From NCBI GenBank assembly GCA_021828245.1, contig JAKASC010000001.1, forward strand, positions 1-44,279: DNA of 44,279 nt. The letters are read 5' to 3'. Of the stretch, positions 15,973-23,502 are shown one piece after another. The position numbers were made by a program, and so were the translations under genes. The notes below the pieces were generated by a model. It worked only from the letters and a program-made list of their open reading frames with translations. It was not told where the DNA came from and did no database searches. The stretch's first letter is position 1. Every line of letters starts with the position of its first letter. Origin of the DNA: Acidobacteriota bacterium. Its GTDB lineage: Bacteria > Acidobacteriota > Terriglobia > UBA7540.

Positions 15973-16831
15973 TGGTGATGCTTTCCTCCACAACGTTACC
16001 GAGGTGCAGTATTCGAGTGCGCCTCATATAGACCTCTCTCCCGCCCCTGGCAGCCGAGACCAGATGAATCTCCACTGACCAGGTGTGCTTCGCTTGGTCG
16101 CGTGGCGCGACTCCGAAGACGTCCAGAACCATCGCTGGCAGGTAAAGGGACTCGAGCGAGTGGGTTGGAGGGGACGGCTGCTGGGGCGTGGGGCGCTCGC
16201 GGGGCATCAGGAAGATGTCAGGAGAGATTTGGTCGTTCGTCACGTGCCCTTTATACTTGGGACACCTTCGTAGAGGGCAGCCGCACAACTGGTCCTTGAA
16301 GAAAATCGCGTCCACCACTTTTCCGCGCCTCATCAGGTCGTTGGCGAGCCTGTTGACCACAATCGAGTGAACCCCTTGCGAAGGCTGGTTGATGATGGAG
16401 CCGTCCAGGTGGCACCACATCACAAACTCCTGCGCCCAGGGAGGCCGCTCTGTAATGGTGATGCTATTTCCTTCGCCGCCCTTCACGTCCAGGGCCGCGG
16501 CGACGCGGGGACGCTCCGTGAGGATAATCGTGAAGTCGTGGCGCGTGGCTTTCTTCGTTGGTTCGAATCCGGCAATCTTTGCACTGTTAGCCAGGCGCGA
16601 AAGGACATCGGCCACCATCTGATGGCGCTGGGTGAGCGAGGAGGCGATAAAACTGCCTCGAATCGTCTCTACGGCGGAGCGGAATATGCGTTTGGGGTGG
16701 TAGTCCTCCGGGTTGACCCCGGCGGACCGCAACACGTCGGGATGGCGGTCGTCGAGATTTCGTAAGAGGTCGATGGCAGGATTGATTTGCGCAAGGGCGG
16801 CCTGGTCGTGCGAGCAAGGTAATATGGGCAT
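15965..16831 (-). CDS. uncharacterised protein, putative PD-(D/E)xK restriction endonuclease partner of the methyltransferase
   Basis: ATG 16831 (MPILPCSHDQ...) is preceded by GGAGG. It contains RHDFTIILTERPRVAAALDVKGGEG, i.e. D-x15-D-V-K, which fits the PD-(D/E)xK pattern, plus a Cys/His cluster CGCPLRRCPKYKGH. It is translationally coupled to the methyltransferase by an 8-nt overlap. The function is inferred only from the motif and context. Confidence 0.45.
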   Translation of the reverse strand: MPILPCSHDQAALAQINPAIDLLRNLDDRHPDVLRSAGVNPEDYHPKRIFRSAVETIRGSFIASSLTQRHQMVADVLSRLANSAKIAGFEPTKKATRHDFTIILTERPRVAAALDVKGGEGNSITITERPPWAQEFVMWCHLDGSIINQPSQGVHSIVVNRLANDLMRRGKVVDAIFFKDQLCGCPLRRCPKYKGHVTNDQISPDIFLMPRERPTPQQPSPPTHSLESLYLPAMVLDVFGVAPRDQAKHTWSVEIHLVSAARGGREVYMRRTRILHLGNVVEESITNA

Positions 16832-16860
16832 CTGGGGCCGGGGCCTCCGGGTTCCGGCCA

Positions 16861-16869
16861 ATTATACCA
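16861..16869 (-). promoter_or_regulatory. extended -10 promoter element (TGGTATAAT on minus strand) for the nuclease-methyltransferase operon
   Basis: The reverse complement of 16861-16869 is TGGTATAAT, about 30 nt upstream of ATG 16831. No convincing -35 is present, which is consistent with an extended -10 promoter. Confidence 0.4.
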
Positions 16870-16924
16870 CGCTCCCTGACACTCCCGCCGCGCGAGCTTC
16901 TCGCACGGGCCCTTCGATGTGCTG

Positions 16925-17148
16925 AGCAGGTAGCGCAGAGGCGCGCGTCCTAGGCGCTTCTGTGCGGCCTTTGTGCCGTCGGCGCCGGCAATCAGACGTT
17001 GGAAAACAATGGACGGCGACCAGGTCAACGGCCGCGAGGGTTGAGCGGCCCGGCGCGTGGCGCGGAGTTGCGGAGTGTGAAACTCTGCGGTTCTTTCCGG
17101 CGGGCACCGGCCCGAGCCGCAGAGGTTGCGCCGCGCAACCTCTGCGCT
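16925..17148 (+). repeat. ~225-bp direct repeat B, copy 2 (upstream of the nuclease-methyltransferase operon)
   Basis: See copy 1. It ends in the identical 14-bp hairpin at 17118-17146. Confidence 0.9.
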
Positions 17149-17280
17149 ACTAACTAACTTTTCCTACGAGGCGGATGGGTTTCCCTCCAAGGCCGCTTCG
17201 AGCGTCCAGAGGTACCGGTGACCCATTGTTCGACGGAAATTCTTTTTGCTCGCGAGCAGCGGGGTTTGCCGCCCGCGCCA

Positions 17281-17345
17281 CCGCGAATCCCACACCAAGA
17301 GCCGCAAAGGAAGCCGAACTGCGGCTACCTTTGCGCTACCCCGCT
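17281..17345 (+). repeat. 65-bp direct repeat A, copy 2 (right border of island)
   Basis: 61/65 identical to 11671-11735. It is immediately followed by a 10-bp perfect hairpin, ctgcaattgc-ccacgtc-gcaattgcag (17344-17370). Confidence 0.9.
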
Positions 17346-17405
17346 GCAATTGCCCACGTCGCAATTGCAGTCCAGGGGTGCCGTTTTCTGCGGCCGGGCG
17401 GCGAA

Positions 17406-17939
17406 TTAGGATTGTTTTTGCAAAGCGGGCAGGATGTACTTGGTCAACAGTTTTTCGTAGCGCGCGCGGACTCGATGAGTAATTGACGCGGGGGCGGGCG
17501 GCTCGGCGTCGTTGGCGCGGAGGTAGAGGTCTCCCGTTTCGCCGAAAGGCCCCGCGTGAATTTTTTCAAAGGTTTCAATGTCATAGCCGCCGAACTTGAA
17601 AACCTGTGCCGGGGTGTAGGTTTTTAGTTGCGAGGGCGTCAGCTTGGCCACCGAGCGGACATGAATTTGAAGCCGGCCGAAAAATTTCTTTTTGTTGTAA
17701 TCCACGCTGAGAACGCGCTGATATTCCTGAGCGGGGTTTTGAGGATTTTTGTATATGCCCGCGAGGAGGCAGAAATTTTTGAGCTTGCCGCCAAAAGAAT
17801 TATTCAGAAGTTGATAGAGCTCCGGCGTGACATCGCCCACACTGCTGAGGGGGGCGCTTCGGTGTTTGCGTCGGGCCAATGCGCCGAGGCTCAGCGTCAG
17901 GGTCGCTGCCAACGTGAGCGTCCAAACCTTCGCCGCCAT
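17406..17939 (-). CDS. hypothetical secreted protein
   Basis: ATG 17939 is preceded by GGGAGGG. Signal peptide MAAKVWTLTLAATLTLSLGALA. I recognise no family. The track start at 17975 lacks an SD. Confidence 0.6.
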   Translation of the reverse strand: MAAKVWTLTLAATLTLSLGALARRKHRSAPLSSVGDVTPELYQLLNNSFGGKLKNFCLLAGIYKNPQNPAQEYQRVLSVDYNKKKFFGRLQIHVRSVAKLTPSQLKTYTPAQVFKFGGYDIETFEKIHAGPFGETGDLYLRANDAEPPAPASITHRVRARYEKLLTKYILPALQKQS

Positions 17940-18105
17940 AATGTTTCCCTCCCTTTTTTGCCCTTGGCAGGGCACGTCCCAAAATGAAAACTCAACCGGA
18001 GCGTGAGCATATCACCGCGCCTCTCGGAATCCAACCGTGCGCACCGGGTGCAAGATGCTTAGCAGCTCAGGGCGCGCTCCTCAAGGCAGCGATTGGCCGG
18101 GGTCG

Positions 18106-20520
18106 CTAGCGGGAAGCGTTGGCCTCGGCGAGCGGCGGATAGAGCAAATACTGGGCGCGCAGGCGCCGAAATTGTTGAAGCGGCCTTTGCCACTCGTATT
18201 GAATATAGCGAGGGTCCACGCCGGATTGGATTTGATGGACCACCCACCGGGCGCCGATGAGGCGCAACGTTTGGTTCAGCTCGAAGTTTTGAGGGAACAG
18301 CTTCCACAAGGCGGAGGCCAGCTCCACGCCCATTTCCGGAGTGTCGAGGGCTTGACGGTCAATCAACACGATTTGCACGCCATGACAAACCTGGCCGGCA
18401 AATTTGTTGCGGCGCGGGGTGAAATTCACCGGGATAAAGCGCACTCCTTGGATGCGTCGGGCGTTCAGATAATCGGCCAGCTTCTTTCCGTTTATCCACG
18501 GCGCGCCGACGTACTCGAAGGGACGGCCCGTGCCGCGGCCGACGCTGACGTTGGAGCCCTCAATCATGGCGACGCCCGGATAGAGCGTGGACTCGGTGAG
18601 CGAGCGCAAATTGGGAGAAGGATCAATCCATTGGAGGCCCGTCTCGTCATACCAATCCGTGCGCTCGTAGCCTCGCATGCGGATGACGTGGAGCTGGACG
18701 TGAAGATGCTCTTGATGATTGTACATCTCCGCCAGCTCGCCCGGGGTCATGCCGTAACGGATGGGAAGCTCAAAGTAACCGACAAAGGAACGAAGGTCGG
18801 GGTCAAGAATCGGGCCTTCCACATTGGAAGCCTCAATCGGGTCCGGGCGGTCGAGCACGTAAAAGGGGAGATGATGCTGCCCCGCCGCTTCCATGCAGTA
18901 GCCGAGCGTGGTGATGTAGGTGTAGAAACGCACCCCCGCGTCTTGAATGTCGTAAACCAGGGCGTTCAAACCCTGCAGCTCCGCCGAGGTGGGGCGTCGG
19001 GTGCGGCCATAGAGGCTGTAAACGGGAAGGCCGGTATAGGGCTGGCGCGTGGAATGAACCGGCCGATTGACATTGGCGTAAAGGCCGCTTTCGGGACTGA
19101 ACAGCGCCACCAGCTTGACGCCCGGCGCGTGGTCCAGGACCTCGTAGGTGGGCCGGCCTTTCCGGTCCACGGCCGGGCTGTTCGTAATGAGGCCAATGCG
19201 CAAGCCGCGTAACGGGGCAAAGTGTTCGGCTTCCAAAACGTCAATGCCTGTTTTGACCTGGCCGTTCCGAAGACCGCTGATGCGATAGCTGCGCATCAAC
19301 CCGTAATAGCCGGTCAAGGACTTACGGCTGTTGAGAATCTTTTGTTCGGACGTCGGGCCGAGGGCCGCCGCCACCACGGTGGCAATGCGCGCTTCAAGAG
19401 AAATCACGTTGCCGGTTCCGTTGGGATGCACGCGGTTGGTGAGCACAATGACGTAAGTGTCGGAAACCGGATCAATCCAGAGGTCCGTGCCGGTGAATCC
19501 CGTGTGGCCGAACGAGCCGACCGGAAACAGCGCGCCCCGGTTGGAGGCAAAAGGTGAATCAATATCCCAGCCGAGGCCGCGAACCGCCATCTTGTCGGGC
19601 GGCTGTTGCGGGGTGGTCATCTTCTCGACCGACAGACGGCTCAGAATGCGGACCCCGTGATAGGTGCCGCCGTCCAACAGCATTTGGCAAAAGATGGAGA
19701 GGTCGTGGGCGTCGGAGAACAAGCCCGCGTGGCCGGCCACGCCGCCCATGCGCCGCGCCGTCGGGTCGTGAACCACGCCCCAAAGAATCGGGCCGGTGGT
19801 TCCGTAGAGATGCTGCGTCGGCGCAATCCTCCAGCGGAGCTGGGCGGGAGGATTGAACATGGTCGAGGTCATGTGAAGCGGAATAAAGATGTGCCGCTCG
19901 CAATAGACATTCAGCGGCTCGCCGGAAACGCGCTGCACCAATTCTCCCAGCGTCTCGAAGTTAATGTCGCTGTAAAGGAATTGGGTGCCGGGCGGCACGA
20001 TGGGGCTGACTTGCTCGATCATGCGCATGGCGGTCGCGTAGCCAGACCATGGGGTGCTCAAATCGAGGTCAGGAGGAAGGCCGGAGTAATGCGTCATGAG
20101 TTCGCGCACGGTGATATTCTGCTTGCCGTTTTCGGCGAACTTCGGCCAGTAATCGCTGACCGGATCATCCAGGCGAATCTTGCCTTGCTCGACCAGTTGC
20201 ATGATGGCGGTGGTGGTGGCGACGACCTTGGTGCAGGAGGCCATGTCAAAGATGGTATTGAGGCGCATCGGCAGCTTGCGAGGCACCAGGCGGCGATATC
20301 CAATGGCGCGCTGATAAACCACGCGACCGTTGTGCCCCACCAGGACGACGGCCCCCGGCGTCTGGTGCTGGCGGATGGCGGTTTCGACGTCTTGAACGAT
20401 CGGCGCCAGTCGAGCCGTCCAGGCGACGGGAGAAGCCGCCGGCTTGCTGCCCGCGCCCCACGCCCGTCCGGCCAACAACAAACAACTCACGACGAAGATT
20501 CGCTTGCCATAAAAAGACAT
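18106..20520 (-). CDS. fusion protein: beta-lactamase-fold serine hydrolase (AmiE/YbbE-like) + DUF1343 exo-beta-N-acetylmuramidase (NamZ-like)
   Basis: The N-terminal half carries SxxK (MASCTKVVATT), YSD and HTGFTG motifs of class-C beta-lactamase/PBP-fold hydrolases. The C-terminal half (GIDVLEAEHF...RIGLITNSPAVD...LVALFSPESG...GLPVYSLYG...YDIQDAGVRFYTYITTLGYCMEAA...YVLDRPDP...SFVGYFELPIRYGMTPGELA) matches DUF1343/NamZ (B. subtilis YbbC). The signal peptide starts at ATG 20520 (MSFYGKRIFVVSCLLLAGRAWG). Confidence 0.85.
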   Translation of the reverse strand: MSFYGKRIFVVSCLLLAGRAWGAGSKPAASPVAWTARLAPIVQDVETAIRQHQTPGAVVLVGHNGRVVYQRAIGYRRLVPRKLPMRLNTIFDMASCTKVVATTTAIMQLVEQGKIRLDDPVSDYWPKFAENGKQNITVRELMTHYSGLPPDLDLSTPWSGYATAMRMIEQVSPIVPPGTQFLYSDINFETLGELVQRVSGEPLNVYCERHIFIPLHMTSTMFNPPAQLRWRIAPTQHLYGTTGPILWGVVHDPTARRMGGVAGHAGLFSDAHDLSIFCQMLLDGGTYHGVRILSRLSVEKMTTPQQPPDKMAVRGLGWDIDSPFASNRGALFPVGSFGHTGFTGTDLWIDPVSDTYVIVLTNRVHPNGTGNVISLEARIATVVAAALGPTSEQKILNSRKSLTGYYGLMRSYRISGLRNGQVKTGIDVLEAEHFAPLRGLRIGLITNSPAVDRKGRPTYEVLDHAPGVKLVALFSPESGLYANVNRPVHSTRQPYTGLPVYSLYGRTRRPTSAELQGLNALVYDIQDAGVRFYTYITTLGYCMEAAGQHHLPFYVLDRPDPIEASNVEGPILDPDLRSFVGYFELPIRYGMTPGELAEMYNHQEHLHVQLHVIRMRGYERTDWYDETGLQWIDPSPNLRSLTESTLYPGVAMIEGSNVSVGRGTGRPFEYVGAPWINGKKLADYLNARRIQGVRFIPVNFTPRRNKFAGQVCHGVQIVLIDRQALDTPEMGVELASALWKLFPQNFELNQTLRLIGARWVVHQIQSGVDPRYIQYEWQRPLQQFRRLRAQYLLYPPLAEANASR

Positions 20521-20632
20521 AGAAAACCTCGCGCTCCGCAAGAACGTCGTTTTCACGGAGGAGTCTTTTCCTATATACTCGCCACCCGTTGCTGTCAATC
20601 GAAAGATTTTCGGGCCTTCGGATCGAGCAGAG

Positions 20633-22426
20633 GTGAAGATGAAAATCAGCTCTCTAGATTGGGCGGTGGTGGTGGCTTACTTCGGCGTCAACCTGGGCAT
20701 CGGCCTTTATTACCGCCGCAAGGCCAGCCAAAGCACAGATGATTTCTTCGTGTCCGGGCGGGAAGTGAGTTGGTGGCTGGCCGGGACTTCCATGGTGGCG
20801 GCGACCTTCGCCGCCGATACGCCGCTCGCGGTGACCGGCCTGGTGGCCACGCAAGGCATCGCCGGCAACTGGCTGTGGTGGAGTTTTTTATTCAGCGGGA
20901 TGATGACGGTTTTCTTTTTTGCCCGACTGTGGCGAAGGGCCGAGGTCATTACCGACGTTGAATTTGTGGAATTGCGTTATTCGGGGAAGGCCGCCGCCTT
21001 CCTGCGCGGCTTTCGAGCCCTCTATTTTGGCATCCTGATGAATTGCTTAATCGTCGGATGGGTCAATTTGGCGATGGAAAAAATCCTGGGGGTAGTGTTC
21101 GGCGTGGGGGAATACACAGCCATTCTGATTATTTTTGGAATCATCGGGTTCACCTTTCTTTACACGTTTATCTCCGGGCTTTGGGGGGTGCTGTGGACTG
21201 ACCTAATTCAATTCGTCATCAAGATGACGATGGTCACGGTGCTGGCCTACTACGCCGTGGAAGCGGTGGGCGGCATGAGCGCGCTCAAGCGGAAGCTCGC
21301 AGGGGTGGATGCGGCCCATCGCGCGGCGCACCCCGGAACAGGCTCCATCCTTTCTTTCTTCCCTTCCTGGCACTCCGCCTGGATGCCTTTTCTCACGTTT
21401 GCGATGTATCTCGGGGTGCAATGGTGGGCCAACTGGTATCCGGGGGCCGAGCCGGGCGGCGGCGGCTACATTGCACAGCGAATTTTCTGCGCCAAGGATG
21501 AGAAGCACTCCCTGTGGGCCACCCTATGGTTCAATATCGCGCAATACGCGATTCGGCCCTGGCCCTGGATTCTCACGGCGCTCGCTTCGGTGATTCTCTA
21601 CCCGCACCTCAAGGATCCGGAAGTCGGTTACATCAAGGTGTGGGTGGACCATCTGCCGGGCGGCTGGAACGGATTGATGCTGGCGGCGTTTGCGGCCGCC
21701 TACATGTCCACCATCGCAACGCAAATGAATTGGGGCTCTTCGTATATTGTCAACGATTTCTACCGGCGCTTTGTGGTGAAGAACAAGGACGAGCATCATT
21801 ACGTCATCGCCTCCAAGCTGGCGACGGCGTTGCTGGCCGTGCTGGGGGCGGCCGTCTCCCTGGTGATGACGACCGTGGCCGGCGCGTGGGAGTTGCTGCT
21901 GGGCATTGGGGCGGGCACGGGCGCCGTGTATCTGCTGCGGTGGTACTGGTGGCGAATCAATGCCTGGTCCGAAGTCGCCGCCATGACCTGCGCCGGGGTG
22001 AGCACGTTGGTTTTGCGCACCCTGGTGCATTTCTCCGGCTCGGCCCCGGATGTTTTCGCCAAACAGGTGCTGGTCACGGTGGTCGTGACGACGATGGTGT
22101 GGCTGGCCGTGACCTATCTGACCGCGCCCGAAAAGGAATCCAAGTTAATCGAATTTTACCGGCGTGTGCGGCCGGGCGCCGCGGGATGGAAACCCATCGC
22201 GCGGCTGGCCCCGGAGGTTGAGCCGACGAGCGACGGCTGGTATAACCTAATGGATTGGCTGCTCGGCTGCCTGATGGTCTATGCCGCCATGTTCGGCACG
22301 GGAAAAATCATTTTGGGTCACGTGCTGCTCGGGGTTGTGCTGCTGGTGGTGGCGGGCGTGGCAGGATTTGCAATTTATTGGGATTTCTCAAAGCGAGGCT
22401 GGGAGAAATTGTCCGGCAAGGCGTAA
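20633..22426 (+). CDS. sodium:solute symporter family (SSS) transporter
   Basis: About 13 predicted TM helices. The N-terminus DWAVVVAYFGVNLGIGLYYRRKASQSTDDFFVSGREVSWW is typical of the SSF family. It is divergent from the NamZ fusion and upstream of murQ. Confidence 0.85.
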   Translation: MKMKISSLDWAVVVAYFGVNLGIGLYYRRKASQSTDDFFVSGREVSWWLAGTSMVAATFAADTPLAVTGLVATQGIAGNWLWWSFLFSGMMTVFFFARLWRRAEVITDVEFVELRYSGKAAAFLRGFRALYFGILMNCLIVGWVNLAMEKILGVVFGVGEYTAILIIFGIIGFTFLYTFISGLWGVLWTDLIQFVIKMTMVTVLAYYAVEAVGGMSALKRKLAGVDAAHRAAHPGTGSILSFFPSWHSAWMPFLTFAMYLGVQWWANWYPGAEPGGGGYIAQRIFCAKDEKHSLWATLWFNIAQYAIRPWPWILTALASVILYPHLKDPEVGYIKVWVDHLPGGWNGLMLAAFAAAYMSTIATQMNWGSSYIVNDFYRRFVVKNKDEHHYVIASKLATALLAVLGAAVSLVMTTVAGAWELLLGIGAGTGAVYLLRWYWWRINAWSEVAAMTCAGVSTLVLRTLVHFSGSAPDVFAKQVLVTVVVTTMVWLAVTYLTAPEKESKLIEFYRRVRPGAAGWKPIARLAPEVEPTSDGWYNLMDWLLGCLMVYAAMFGTGKIILGHVLLGVVLLVVAGVAGFAIYWDFSKRGWEKLSGKA

Positions 22427-22464
22427 GGTTACAGACGCCCGTCACAAAGAGCCTCGCAGATTTC

Positions 22465-23502
22465 ATGTCACCACCTCGAAAGATTTCCGACGGGGCGAAG
22501 CTGAATCGAGCCTCGGGCTCTCGAAGCGGCGCGCGCGAGCGGGTGACGGAGCGGGAAAACCCCGCTTCGGCGGACCTGGAGCGGAAGAGTGTCGTAGAGA
22601 TTTTGAAGCTCATCAACCGCGAGGACCAAAGGGTTCCGCGGGCGGTCGTCAAAGTGATTCCTGCCATCGCGCGCGCGGTGGAGTTGGCTTCGGAACATAT
22701 GGCGCGCGGCGGAAGAATGATTTATCTGGGCGCAGGGACGAGCGGGCGACTGGGCGTGCTCGATGCGGCCGAGTGCCTGCCGACTTTCAATACGGACCGC
22801 ATTCAGGCCGTGCTGGCCGGAGGGCGCCGCGCGATGTTTGCTCCGGTGGAAAAGGCCGAGGATTCTCCGAGTTTGGCTCGGCGGGACTTGCGGCGCATGC
22901 GCGTCTCGAAAGCGGACGTGGTGGTGGGGATTTCAGCGAGTGGACAAACGCCCTACACGCTGGCGGGCGTGCGCTACGCGCGGCGGCTCGGGGCCAAGAC
23001 GGTAGCGATTACCTGCAATCCGGCGGCGGCGTTGCGGCGCGCCGCCGACATAGCGATTGTCCCGGTCGTCGGACCCGAAGTGATTGCCGGGTCGAGTCGA
23101 ATGAAGGCGGGCACGGCCCAGAAGCTGGTGCTCAACATGCTGTCCACCGCGACCATGACGCGGCGGGGACATGTGTTTTCCGGATGGATGATCAACCTTC
23201 GGGCGACGAATCGAAAGCTGCGGGAGCGCGCCACGCGAATTCTGATGCGGGCGGCGGGGGTCGAGGCCCGGTCGGCGGCGCGGGCCTTGCGCCGAAGCGG
23301 CGGAGATTTGCCGGCGGCGTTGCTCATGCTCACCCAACACCTTTCGCCGCAGAACGCCAAGCGATTGCTCCGGCAAGCCGATTCTCCCGCCAGCGTGATT
23401 GGGGCCGTGCTGGAGCGCGGGGCCGAACCACGGCGTGAAAACTCGAAAAGGACGCGGAAGGCGCGAATCAGCGCCGGGCGCGGTGAATCTAACAGGTTAT
23501 GA
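22465..23502 (+). CDS. murQ: N-acetylmuramic acid 6-phosphate etherase
   Basis: SIS domain with IYLGAGTSGRLGVLDAAECLPTFN, ISASGQTPY and GSSRMKAGTAQKLVLNMLST. ATG 22465 is chosen because the longer track ORF overlaps the transporter. There is a basic C-terminal extension of about 30-40 aa. Confidence 0.9.
   Translation: MSPPRKISDGAKLNRASGSRSGARERVTERENPASADLERKSVVEILKLINREDQRVPRAVVKVIPAIARAVELASEHMARGGRMIYLGAGTSGRLGVLDAAECLPTFNTDRIQAVLAGGRRAMFAPVEKAEDSPSLARRDLRRMRVSKADVVVGISASGQTPYTLAGVRYARRLGAKTVAITCNPAAALRRAADIAIVPVVGPEVIAGSSRMKAGTAQKLVLNMLSTATMTRRGHVFSGWMINLRATNRKLRERATRILMRAAGVEARSAARALRRSGGDLPAALLMLTQHLSPQNAKRLLRQADSPASVIGAVLERGAEPRRENSKRTRKARISAGRGESNRL

Larger units (their letters stand above)
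11736..17280 (-). mobile_element. putative genomic island (SNF2 helicase + methyltransferase + nuclease-like gene) bounded by direct repeats; no recombinase seen
   Basis: Bounded by the 65-bp direct repeats A1/A2. All three genes are on the minus strand, inserted between two convergent core genes. The SNF2 gene is visibly lower in GC (two hand-counted 60-nt lines gave 47-48%) than the flanks. It contains an internal pair of ~225-bp direct repeats. Confidence 0.5.

Noticed and set aside
16545-16580. tRNA T-loop-like GGTTCGAATCC at about 16558-16568.
   Set aside because: It lies inside the nuclease-like CDS (encoding GFEP on the other strand). No matching acceptor stem, anticodon arm or D arm could be found at the required spacing.
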